Made by a program: the position numbers and the translations under genes. Shown piece by piece: positions 9,188 through 18,192 of a stretch of DNA of 64,000 bases. The DNA is taken from contig CAJAXK010000259.1 in assembly GCA_903946925.1 (NCBI GenBank), positions 4,286-68,285 of the forward strand, written 5' to 3'. This stretch comes from an uncultured Bacteroidales bacterium. Lineage in GTDB: Bacteria; Bacteroidota; Bacteroidia; Bacteroidales; UBA4417. The notes beneath the pieces are model-generated. The model saw nothing but the letters and a program-made list of their open reading frames with translations, was not told where the DNA came from and did not search any database. The number at the start of each line of letters is the position of its first letter. Position 1 is the stretch's first letter.

Positions 9188-9799
9188 ATGAAGTTTTTCA
9201 GGGGAAAGGAAGAGTTTGATCCCAATGAACCAGAAAGCGTTATTGCTGCATGTAAAAGCAACAATGCTTCGGCTCAGCGTGCCCTTGTGAAATTGTTTTT
9301 CGGCTATGTGAAAAGCATAGCGCTCAGGTACTCTTCCGATAATGATTTGGCCGATGAAATATTGAACGAAAGTTTTCTCAAAGTATTTAACAATTTGCAC
9401 AAATACGATGAAAAACAGGCATTTAAAGGATGGCTAAGGACTATTGTGGTTAATACGGCCATTGATGCTTACCGTAAAAACAAGCAGTCGCCGGATTATG
9501 AAAACCTGGAAGATGTTCAGTTGCCCGACCTTAACGGGGATGCAATCAGCAGCATTTCGGCCGAAGAAATACTTACTCTGGTGCAGCAGCTTTCGCCTGT
9601 TTACCGAATTGTTTTTTCGCTTTATGTAATTGATGGTTACTCGCACAAAGAGATTGCCGAAAAATTGGGGATAAAAGAAGGGACTTCTAAATCGAACCTT
9701 CAAGATGCCCGTAAAAGACTGCAATCCATGATTTTAAAACTAAACCCAAACCTGTATTCCGCTTATGAATTAAAAACTTTACACAAAAATGAAGACTGA
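9188..9799 (+). CDS. ECF-type RNA polymerase sigma-70 factor
   Basis: 203 aa. Region 2 'LVKLFFGYVKSIALRY...DLADEILNESFLKVF'. Region 4 HTH 'YSHKEIAEKLGIKEGTSKSNLQDARKRL'. Confidence 0.9.
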   Translation: MKFFRGKEEFDPNEPESVIAACKSNNASAQRALVKLFFGYVKSIALRYSSDNDLADEILNESFLKVFNNLHKYDEKQAFKGWLRTIVVNTAIDAYRKNKQSPDYENLEDVQLPDLNGDAISSISAEEILTLVQQLSPVYRIVFSLYVIDGYSHKEIAEKLGIKEGTSKSNLQDARKRLQSMILKLNPNLYSAYELKTLHKNED

Positions 9800-11153
9800 G
9801 GATTTTGATGAGGCTATCCGGAAAAAACTGGAAAACCTCACTCCAACATATACCGAAAGCGATATTGACAAAGCGTACCGCAATGTGGTCAGGAAAAGCA
9901 GGTTCCAGATCAAGGGCGGCAGCAGTTCATGGCTTTTGTATTCCCTGTCGGCAGCAGCCATTACAGTTGTTACAATCATGTCGGTTTCATTTTTCAGGAA
10001 TAACAACGAAGTGGCTTTAAACAATACTAAAAATAGTATAAATCAGAATATCAATATTATAGATACAACTAACAAGCTTTCGGTAAATAAGGATACTGTT
10101 GAATTCGTACAAAATAATACAAATGTTGGGCAAGCCCCAGAAAGAGCAACAGCCGTTTTTGAAGGTCCTATTTCGGTTACCGGAATTAAAAAAACAGAAA
10201 AATATAACGAACCAAGTAGTATAAATACCTCGGAAGAAAGCTTTGTAACCCCCAAAACAGATAATACAATACTTGAACCAAGCATTGCAAATGTCAGCAG
10301 CATCGCATTGCAGGGAAAAACCCAGGATACTTTAAACAGAAAGAAGGAAAATGAAACCCCTGCAATTTTCGACAATCAACCTGAATTGGCCAAAAACAAG
10401 CAAGTAAGTGCTGAAAATGTGGATATTGTCCCTCCTGCTCAAATAGAAAGCACAAATACTACGCTAAAGGAAAGCAGCAAAGTTGATTTTGTAAACAAAG
10501 CCGATTCGATTGCACCGGCGAAAAAGCAGAAAAATAGTTTTAAGCCTTTCAGCGTTTTTGAAGGTGCCAAATTCAGCGTTGGCCCTGATTTCATGTTTTC
10601 GAACCAAGCGATGGGAACTGGTATTTCGGGTAAAATGGATTTAAAAAACCGTTTTGGGATTGGCACAGGTTTGAATTATACTGTTTTAAATACCGAGAAT
10701 TTCACTGATACGGCAGATATGTTCAGGCACAAACCGCCTCATTTCCATAATGATACCAACAATCATTTTAACGATAAAGGCCATATCAGCGATATATCAA
10801 TTACCAACAGCCTTATTCAAATCCCGATTGCAATAAGCTTTACCATCCCGTTAAAACGAAATTTTGGGATACTCATTTCGGCAGGAACCGATTTGGATAT
10901 TTATCTGAACCAAAAACTAAGCTTCAACCATAACCCAGATACGGGCAGAACTGAAAACCACAAATTTGAAGAAAAGGGTAATGTAGATGTTTTCAACAAC
11001 CTGGTTTTTTCAACAGGAATAGAAAAACGTTGGAAATCAATTGCTTTTCAGATTACTCCTTTTATGGGCCTAAAAACTAAAGATGTTTTTTACAAACCAA
11101 AAGAAATGGAGTTTGGCGTTGATTTTGGCGTGAAGTATTGTTTTGGGAAGTGA
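9789..11153 (+). CDS. Sigma-associated membrane protein: N-terminal cytoplasmic segment, one TM, low-complexity linker, C-terminal OM beta-barrel-like domain
   Basis: Overlaps the sigma gene by 11 nt. TM 'WLLYSLSAAAITVVTIMSVSFF'. The C-terminal ~200 aa has alternating beta-strand pattern and ends in '...FGVDFGVKYCFGK'. Confidence 0.7.
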   Translation: MKTEDFDEAIRKKLENLTPTYTESDIDKAYRNVVRKSRFQIKGGSSSWLLYSLSAAAITVVTIMSVSFFRNNNEVALNNTKNSINQNINIIDTTNKLSVNKDTVEFVQNNTNVGQAPERATAVFEGPISVTGIKKTEKYNEPSSINTSEESFVTPKTDNTILEPSIANVSSIALQGKTQDTLNRKKENETPAIFDNQPELAKNKQVSAENVDIVPPAQIESTNTTLKESSKVDFVNKADSIAPAKKQKNSFKPFSVFEGAKFSVGPDFMFSNQAMGTGISGKMDLKNRFGIGTGLNYTVLNTENFTDTADMFRHKPPHFHNDTNNHFNDKGHISDISITNSLIQIPIAISFTIPLKRNFGILISAGTDLDIYLNQKLSFNHNPDTGRTENHKFEEKGNVDVFNNLVFSTGIEKRWKSIAFQITPFMGLKTKDVFYKPKEMEFGVDFGVKYCFGK

Positions 11154-11355
11154 AAAAAATGGAAAAAGCGGATTTGCATGTGTATAAAATTTAGCTATCA
11201 GCTTTGAGCTGACACGCGAAATCACCACTACAATTTTAAAATCAAATATGTGGGCGTTCTGTAATTTAATTCATTGTTAATCAGATAAATATTACTATAT
11301 TTTAAGTGAAATCATATGAGCATTGAAACAATAGATATACAAATCGAACGGTAAA

Positions 11356-11975
11356 ATGGGATTGTTTGACGAGCAGGAAACCATCCAAAAATTGATCAAA
11401 ATAGGGAATCCTTTGGATAAGATAAAAAATGTAATAGATATTGAGATGTTTATGGTTATCATGGAGTCGAAGTTGTTGAACAAGAACAAAAAGAACAATT
11501 CAGGTGCTAAGCCCTATGACGTAGTAATGATGTTCAAGATCATGATATAGCAGCGTTATATTGGGCTGGGCGACACACAGATAGAATGCCAAACCTATGA
11601 CAGGCTTAGTTTTAAGAAGTTTCTTGGGTTAGAAAGTGGGGATAAAGTCCCTGACGAGAAAACCATTTGGGCATTTCGGGAGAACCTTACCACCAAAGGG
11701 TTGGTAGAAGAAATGTTCGCTGAATTCACCAAGTTGCTGGATGAAAAAGGATTAAGAGTGAACGGAGGGAAGATGGTAGATGCCAGTTTCACCATTGCAC
11801 CCGCCAGCGCAACACGCGTGAAGAAAACGCAAAGATAAAAGAAGGTCTTGGCGATGAACTATGGAACGACACCCCAAATAAGCAAAGGCATAAGGATATA
11901 GATGCACGATGGACCAAAAAGAACGGCGAGACTTTTTATGGCTATAAGAACCATGCAAAAGTGGATACAAGGGCC
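11356..11975 (+). mobile_element. Decayed IS5-family (InsH-type) transposase remnant
   Basis: Starts 'NSGAKPYDVVMMFKIMI'. An in-frame TAG at 11548-11550 is followed by 'QRYIGLGDTQIECQTYDRLSFKKFLGL...DEKTIWAFRENL...VDASFTIAP'. A frameshift near 11805 leads to 'RNTREENAKIKEG...DIDARWTKKNGETFYGYKNHAKVD', and the similarity ends there. The DDE catalytic half is missing. Confidence 0.75.
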
Positions 11976-12330
11976 AAAATGTCAAGTCTTTATAGAGATT
12001 TTACACATCTGTACACCTCGGTAAACACCCGCAAAACAAGGCTTGACAGTTTGTGTATAAAGTCTTGGGAGCAGGTGAAGCTGTGTTTTGATACGCATAA
12101 GCCCACGCGTTTTGCCTTTGGCTACAGTTCGTTTCGCTAAGTTGTTGCTTTTTGCCCTGTATTGAGATTATCGAAGTATCAAGCAAAAATAAAAGAATGT
12201 ATTCAAATCAATAATACCAATCAAGGAGTAAATTCTAATCTCTTTTCCGTCAACTAAAAAGTCAACGCATCAAAAAAACATGTAGCCTGTACTTTGCATT
12301 ATTCAATTTAGCCATGTAATTGAAAATGGT

Positions 12331-12338
12331 TACTTTTG
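12331..12338 (+). promoter_or_regulatory. Bacteroidota -7 promoter box (TAnnTTTG)
   Basis: 'TACTTTTG' followed by CGC, 86 nt upstream of ATG 12424. Confidence 0.45.
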
Positions 12339-12423
12339 CGCCCTTCAAATGTAGGGTTTCCTGATCATGTTCATTTATTCAAAAAAAACATACTGTTACA
12401 ATTTGCCCTAAACCCAAAAATTT

Positions 12424-13767
12424 ATGATTAAAACAAAAAAAACATGGATGCCAATACTGCTTGGTATCCTGCTCCTAACGCCTGTTTTTACTTTTGCATC
12501 GGTACCGGCAGCCATCCCATTAGTATTGGGCATTCGGATCGAATTTATAATTTTTGCCTTAACCTTGGTTGGGGTTGCTGTATTTCATAACAAAACCATG
12601 ATTGTGGCGCTTACAGGTTTGGCAGCCATACTTGTGTTGAAATATATTTTCCTGCCCGATTATTCATTTATTGAACATATTACCGGGACTTCCGATGTTG
12701 AAGGTGAGTGGCGCACTTTGCTCAATCTTACCGGGTTGCTCTTTGGGTTCGGTATTCTTGCCAAGATTTTTGAGGAATCAGGCATTCCCGATAAGTTGCC
12801 ATCAATTTTACCTGATGATTGGAAAGGTGGATTTGCATTGCTGATGTTGATTTTTGTGCTTTCGAGTTTCCTCGATAACATTGCGGCTGCCATGATTGGC
12901 GGCACAGTTGCCGTTGTTGTGTTTAAAGGCAAAGTCCATTTAGGCTATCTGGCAGCGATAGTTGCGGCAAGCAATGCAGGAGGTTCTGGCTCGGTGGTTG
13001 GTGATACAACAACTACGCTTATGTGGATTGACGGTGTTAACCCTCTGGATGTTACCCATGCTTATGTTGCCGCATTGGTAGCAATGTTTGTTTTTGGGAT
13101 TCCTGCATCCATCATTCAGGATAAGTATCACAGAATAAAAAAAGACCCAACAAAAAAAGTACATATTGATCCCTTGCGGATTGCTATTGTGGTGTTTATC
13201 CTCATTGGTGCAATCCTGACAAATTATTTCCTCGATTTCCCGGCATTGGGCGTTTGGATTGCTATAGTTATTGGGTCCTTTTTTCGCAAAACACCATGGG
13301 ACGAAATACCTAAATCGGTGCAAGGAACTATTTTTCTTGTCGCGTTGGTTACCTGTGCTTCGCTTATGCCTGTTGACGAACTTCCGCCAGCAACATGGCA
13401 AACCGCTTTTTATCTTGGGTTTGTATCTGCTGTTTTCGACAATATCCCGTTAACCAAACTATGCCTCGAACAAGGTGGTTACGATTGGGGTGTGTTGGCC
13501 TACAGCGTTGGCTTTGGAGGCTCCATGATTTGGTTTGGGTCGTCGGCTGGGGTTGCGCTTTCCAATATTTTTCCCGAAATGCGTTCTGTGGTTGATTATG
13601 TCAAAAAAGGCTGGTTTGTAATAGTAGCATACATTATTGGCTTTTTTGTGATGCTGGGTATTGTAGGTTGGAATCCTCATGAACCACACCGGAAAGATAA
13701 AACAGCAACACCAACAGAACAAGTTGCAAATCCGGATTTACCTGCTCCAGATTCAATCTTAGAATAA
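12424..13767 (+). CDS. ArsB/NhaD-superfamily permease (NhaD-like Na+/H+ antiporter or citrate-transporter-like)
   Basis: 447 aa and polytopic. 'FLDNIAAAMIGG' and 'AASNAGGSGSVVGDTTTTLMW' are typical of this superfamily. Confidence 0.8.
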   Translation: MIKTKKTWMPILLGILLLTPVFTFASVPAAIPLVLGIRIEFIIFALTLVGVAVFHNKTMIVALTGLAAILVLKYIFLPDYSFIEHITGTSDVEGEWRTLLNLTGLLFGFGILAKIFEESGIPDKLPSILPDDWKGGFALLMLIFVLSSFLDNIAAAMIGGTVAVVVFKGKVHLGYLAAIVAASNAGGSGSVVGDTTTTLMWIDGVNPLDVTHAYVAALVAMFVFGIPASIIQDKYHRIKKDPTKKVHIDPLRIAIVVFILIGAILTNYFLDFPALGVWIAIVIGSFFRKTPWDEIPKSVQGTIFLVALVTCASLMPVDELPPATWQTAFYLGFVSAVFDNIPLTKLCLEQGGYDWGVLAYSVGFGGSMIWFGSSAGVALSNIFPEMRSVVDYVKKGWFVIVAYIIGFFVMLGIVGWNPHEPHRKDKTATPTEQVANPDLPAPDSILE

Positions 13768-13812
13768 TTAGTTTCAGCCCGAAACATCCTAAACGTTCAA
13801 CAAATAATTGCA

Positions 13813-15765
13813 ATGAAAAAAATAGCACCATCTGCTCACGGAACATTGTCGGCTGCTGGCATCATAATCACAATGGGTATTGTTTTTGGCGATATTGGTA
13901 CTTCGCCGCTGTACGTTATGAAAGCTATATTGGCGGCTTCGCAGGGTACGATTGAAACTGATTTTATTTTGGGTGCTATCTCTTGTATCATTTGGACCCT
14001 AACCTTACAAACTACCATAAAATATGTATTGATTACGCTCAAGGCTGATAACCGGGGTGAAGGTGGAATCATGGCTCTTTATGCGCTTGTAAGGCGAAGG
14101 AGAAAATGGCTTTTTGCCCTCGCAATTGTTGGGGGCAGTGCTTTATTGGCCGACGGTATCATAACACCTTCCATCACAATTGTTTCGGCTGTTGAAGGCT
14201 TGAAATTGCAATTCCCCAATTTACAGATACTACCAATTGCGCTTAGCATTGTAGCGGCTTTGTTCATCGTACAGCAATTTGGCACATCGGCCATTGGCAA
14301 ATCCTTTGGTCCAATGATGATTATTTGGTTTGGGATGCTTGCCATATTAGGGATAATACAATTGGTGCAGCTTCCCCTTATCCTCAAATCATTCAACCCA
14401 TATTATGCCGTTCATCTGCTGTATCATTATCCACATGGCTTTTTGTTGCTTGGTGCTGTGTTCCTATGTACAACTGGTGCCGAAGCATTGTATTCGGATT
14501 TGGGGCATTGCGGTGTTGGCAATATCCGTGTAAGCTGGATTTTTGTTAAAGCGAGTCTGATCCTTAACTATCTTGGACAAGGTGCATGGATACTTATGCA
14601 GCACAAGGAAGGTGTAACATTGCCAAACCCATTTTTTGCCATAATGTCGTCAACATTTCTCCCATTTGGGGTTTTTGTTGCCACGGCGGCGGCGGTAATT
14701 GCAAGCCAGGCTTTGATAAGTGGTTCCTACACAATTATTAGCGAAGCAATCCAACTAAACTTCTGGCCTAAAGTGCGTATAAGCTACCCTACAACACGCA
14801 AGGGGCAAATGTATATTTCGTCAATTAACTGGTTCCTGTTTGCAGCATGTGTTATCGTAATACTTATGTTTCAAACCTCATCGAACATGGAAGCTGCTTA
14901 TGGGCTGGCAATTACGCTAACCATGCTTATGACTACTTTTTTGATGGTTTTTTATCTTATAAAAATTAGGAGGAAGAGATGGATAATCGTTGTTTTCCTC
15001 TTGGTTTATGTTACTATCGAAGGTTCGTTCCTTGCGGCAAACTTGGCTAAATTTGTGCATGGTGGCTGGTTTACTATTTTGTTGGCCGGGCTTATTGCTT
15101 TTGTGATGTACACTTGGCAGCGGGGGCGCGGGATCAAAAACCAGTTTACACGGTTTGTGAAAATTGCCGATTATGTTCAAACTATAAAGGATATAAGCGC
15201 CGATGAAACCATCCAAAAATATGCAACCAACTTAGTTTATATAACCCATGCCGATTTTGATACCGATATTGAAACAAAAATTTTGTATTCGGTTTGCAAC
15301 AAAAAACCTAAACGTGCCGATACCTATTGGTTGTTGCACGTGCATATAACCGATGAGCCACACACAATGGAATATTCGGTCGAAACATTGTCGCCCGGGG
15401 TACTTATGCGAGTTGAGTTCAGGCTTGGCTTCAAGGTGCAACCACGGATCAACTTGTTTTTCAAACACGTGCTCGAAGAATTGGTAGCAAGCCAAGAAAT
15501 TAACCTTGAATCGGGCTATCCTTCGTTGCGCAAACACCATATACCCGCCGATTTCCATTATATAATCATACGCCGAATCCAAAATTATGATTTCGATTTC
15601 CCGGCTTTTGAACAGTTTATTATGGATGTGTACCGTTGGCTTACCAAAATGTCAACTTCCGACATCCGCGCTTATGGGCTTGATACCAGCAATGTGGTAG
15701 AAGAAAAAGTCCCGTTTGTTATAGAAACTGGCAAACGGAATATATTGAAAAGGGTGCAGGCGTAA
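13813..15765 (+). CDS. kup: KUP/HAK/KT potassium uptake transporter
   Basis: 650 aa. N-terminal signature 'GIVFGDIGTSPLYVMK'. 12-TM core plus a cytoplasmic C-terminal domain. Confidence 0.95.
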   Translation: MKKIAPSAHGTLSAAGIIITMGIVFGDIGTSPLYVMKAILAASQGTIETDFILGAISCIIWTLTLQTTIKYVLITLKADNRGEGGIMALYALVRRRRKWLFALAIVGGSALLADGIITPSITIVSAVEGLKLQFPNLQILPIALSIVAALFIVQQFGTSAIGKSFGPMMIIWFGMLAILGIIQLVQLPLILKSFNPYYAVHLLYHYPHGFLLLGAVFLCTTGAEALYSDLGHCGVGNIRVSWIFVKASLILNYLGQGAWILMQHKEGVTLPNPFFAIMSSTFLPFGVFVATAAAVIASQALISGSYTIISEAIQLNFWPKVRISYPTTRKGQMYISSINWFLFAACVIVILMFQTSSNMEAAYGLAITLTMLMTTFLMVFYLIKIRRKRWIIVVFLLVYVTIEGSFLAANLAKFVHGGWFTILLAGLIAFVMYTWQRGRGIKNQFTRFVKIADYVQTIKDISADETIQKYATNLVYITHADFDTDIETKILYSVCNKKPKRADTYWLLHVHITDEPHTMEYSVETLSPGVLMRVEFRLGFKVQPRINLFFKHVLEELVASQEINLESGYPSLRKHHIPADFHYIIIRRIQNYDFDFPAFEQFIMDVYRWLTKMSTSDIRAYGLDTSNVVEEKVPFVIETGKRNILKRVQA

Positions 15766-15825
15766 CATTGTAAACTGTCAGTTGTAAATGGCATCCCACA
15801 ATTTTATTTCTTCAACTTAAAAAGG

Positions 15826-15833
15826 TATTTTTG
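15826..15833 (+). promoter_or_regulatory. Bacteroidota -7 promoter box (TAnnTTTG)
   Basis: 'TATTTTTG' followed by CGC, 28 nt upstream of ATG 15861. Confidence 0.5.
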
Positions 15834-15860
15834 CGCAATCACTGAGAAAGTTGATTGATA

Positions 15861-16844
15861 ATGAAACTTACCCGATTAACAAGTTGCTTTATATTCCTGT
15901 TGTTTTGCAGCACAGCACTGCTTTCGGGATGCAAGGAGAAAAATACCGATTATCCGCCACGTGTTTGGAGCGAATATTCCTACACCACTTCCACCATTCC
16001 CTATAGGGATATTTCCACAATTTTATACGAAAACGACCATTCTATATGGCTTGGTGCAAAAGGCAAAGAAGGCTTGCTGTACAACGATGGCTATAATTGG
16101 TCTGTTTTCGATAGTAAAAATACAGGGTTTGATTTCGATTCTATCACATCCATTGTGCGGGATGGAAACGCTAAACTTTGGGTTGGATGGAAATCCGGTT
16201 TAGCGAATTACAATGAGGGAAAGTGGATGAAAATCAACCTTTTTGATGGGCTTTGCGTAACCTCGGTAATAGTTGATGGGATTGGAACGATTAAAGTTGG
16301 CATAAAGGGCCAAAATGGTGGATTGGCAACTTATACTGACAATGAGTGGGAGTTTTTCAATTCCTCTAATTCGGATATTCCTTCGGAAAGCATAAATTCG
16401 ATTGTTTCGGATAAAGACCAAGTCCTTTGGATTGCTACTTCCAATACCGGGGTTTTCACACTTAAAAACTCAAGCTGGAAAAAAATGAGTACTGACATTC
16501 CTTTGTTAAGCCAGGATTTTAAGTGCATCGCTAAAGCCGTTGATGGTAGCATTTGGGCTGGGTCTGCCAAATCGCAACTAATCCATTTTTTTGATACTAC
16601 TTACACTGTTTTAAATACAGGGGTCTCAAAACCAATTAATTCGGTTTTGGATATAGGCAATGGAGATATGTGGTGCGCCACTTTAGGGGCAGGCCTTATA
16701 AAATTTGATGGGTCGAATTGGGAATCTTTTACAATGGAAAATGCTGCCCTGCCATCAAACGAAATACTTTGCATGGCAAGTGGAGGTGGGGGAAATTTGT
16801 TTTTTGCTGTTCCCGGAGGTAAAGTACTTATACTTAAACAATAA
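15861..16844 (+). CDS. Lipoprotein with two-component-regulator propeller-type repeats
   Basis: The ORF opens at TTG 15855; ATG 15861 is likelier. Lipobox 'LLSGC'. Repeated 'IW(L/V/I)G(A/T)...GL...' blades ('SIWLGAKGKEGLLY', 'KLWVGWKSGLANY', 'VLWIATSNTGVFTL', 'SIWAGSAKSQLIHF', 'DMWCATLGAGLIKF'). Confidence 0.7.
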   Translation: MKLTRLTSCFIFLLFCSTALLSGCKEKNTDYPPRVWSEYSYTTSTIPYRDISTILYENDHSIWLGAKGKEGLLYNDGYNWSVFDSKNTGFDFDSITSIVRDGNAKLWVGWKSGLANYNEGKWMKINLFDGLCVTSVIVDGIGTIKVGIKGQNGGLATYTDNEWEFFNSSNSDIPSESINSIVSDKDQVLWIATSNTGVFTLKNSSWKKMSTDIPLLSQDFKCIAKAVDGSIWAGSAKSQLIHFFDTTYTVLNTGVSKPINSVLDIGNGDMWCATLGAGLIKFDGSNWESFTMENAALPSNEILCMASGGGGNLFFAVPGGKVLILKQ

Positions 16845-16850
16845 ACGGAA

Positions 16851-17981
16851 ATGAGATTTTGTATAGCCGTTATTTTCGCTTTTTTGTTTTTATGCACGGC
16901 CAAAGTTGCCGAAAGCCAGGATTTTTACGAAAATTATCAACCTGTATTTAAAACTGATTCAATCAAACCGGGAACATTAAACATACATTTTTACAACAAC
17001 AACTTTATTAAGAACAATGAATATTTCGGTCCCTATACCGAAGGCATAACTTACATTGGTTCAATTTTGCAACCGGAAATAACCTGGGCAATATGCGATA
17101 AATTCAACCTGAGTGCAGGGTGGTATTTTAGGTATTATTACGGTCAGGATGGTTTTGAACAATCGCTGCCGGTTATTAAGGCAAGATATTTATTCGGTAA
17201 AGGTACGCAAGTTGTTTTTGGTCAGTTGGATGGGCAATTGCAACATGGGTTTGTTGAACCAATTTACAGCACTGATAATTATTTTACAAAGAACCCCGAA
17301 TATGGGATACAGTTTATTCTCGACCGCAAAAAACTCCACACCGATGTGTATTTGGACTGGGAAAAATTCCTGCTTCCCGGCGAAGCGCACCAAGAGGTAA
17401 TTACAGGCGGTTTGCTGGCATCGTACATTTTAAATGGAAAGCCGGATAAAAGTGGGCTAAGTGCACATTTCCAAAGTATTATACATCATTTAGGCGGACA
17501 AGTTGATAATTCCGAAAACCCGCTTCAATCCAGGGCCAATTTGGCAGTTGGTTTAAACTATGCCTTTCTGCCTATGTATGACCTCTTGAACCAAATTACT
17601 TTTTCTTCGTTTTACATCCAATCGCTCGAACTCTCGCAAACCAACACCATTCCTTTCGAATCGGGCTACGCTCTTCAAAATACCATTACTTTCGAAAACG
17701 ATTGGGCAAAATTTTGTACAGGCTGGTTTCATGGCGAATATTTCTTCTCCCCAATGGGTGATTACTTGTTTCAGTCAGTTTCGGAACTAAACAACTGGTA
17801 CGTTGGCGAGAAAAAAGATTTAATCACTTCAAAGCTGTTTTTGGGACATCAGATACTAAATGGTGTCAGCTTTGGTTTCCGGCTCGAATCCTATTATGAT
17901 TTGAAACGGAAAAGCAACGATTTCAGTTATGGCTTGAACATCTGTGTAAACGCTTCAGTTTTTGAAAAAAAGCTTAAGTAG
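16851..17981 (+). CDS. Secreted hypothetical protein (possible outer-membrane beta-barrel)
   Basis: 376-aa ORF starting 7 nt after the previous gene. Has a signal peptide and is aromatic/Gly-rich with alternating pattern. No family recognised. Confidence 0.55.
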   Translation: MRFCIAVIFAFLFLCTAKVAESQDFYENYQPVFKTDSIKPGTLNIHFYNNNFIKNNEYFGPYTEGITYIGSILQPEITWAICDKFNLSAGWYFRYYYGQDGFEQSLPVIKARYLFGKGTQVVFGQLDGQLQHGFVEPIYSTDNYFTKNPEYGIQFILDRKKLHTDVYLDWEKFLLPGEAHQEVITGGLLASYILNGKPDKSGLSAHFQSIIHHLGGQVDNSENPLQSRANLAVGLNYAFLPMYDLLNQITFSSFYIQSLELSQTNTIPFESGYALQNTITFENDWAKFCTGWFHGEYFFSPMGDYLFQSVSELNNWYVGEKKDLITSKLFLGHQILNGVSFGFRLESYYDLKRKSNDFSYGLNICVNASVFEKKLK

Positions 17982-18011
17982 GGCGGTTAGCACGATTTTT
18001 CATCCTATACT

Positions 18012-18188
18012 TTTCACTTTGAGCCTACTCCGAAAAGTCTTTTTTGCCACTAAGGCACTAAATCTCTAAGATTCACAAAGGTTAAAGAACTGATTGACAA
18101 TACTCTGTGTAACTCTGTGTCCTCTGTGCCTCCGTGGTTTTCTTTTTTTGAGGGTTTTCGGAGCGGACTCAACTTTTAACTTTTCACT
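18012..18188 (+). repeat. MITE-like hairpin repeat, copy A
   Basis: '...CTACTCCGAAAAGTCTTTTTTGCCACTAAGGCACTAA...CTGATTGACAATACTCTGTGTAACTCTGTGTCCTCTGTGCCTCCGTGGTTTTCTTTTTTTGAGGGTTTTCGGAGCGGACTC'. The arms are inverted complements and it is near-identical in layout to 50411-50575. Confidence 0.65.
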
Positions 18189-18192
18189 CACC

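Noticed and set aside
18094-18192. N-terminal extensions of folC (18094), porU paralogue 2 (50498), porV (58586) and the second deacetylase (32704) in the ORF track.
   Set aside because: The extra codons read through MITE-like repeats or lack a signal peptide. Internal ATGs give canonical N-termini (folC 'MNYQQTLDYLF', and signal peptides for the others).
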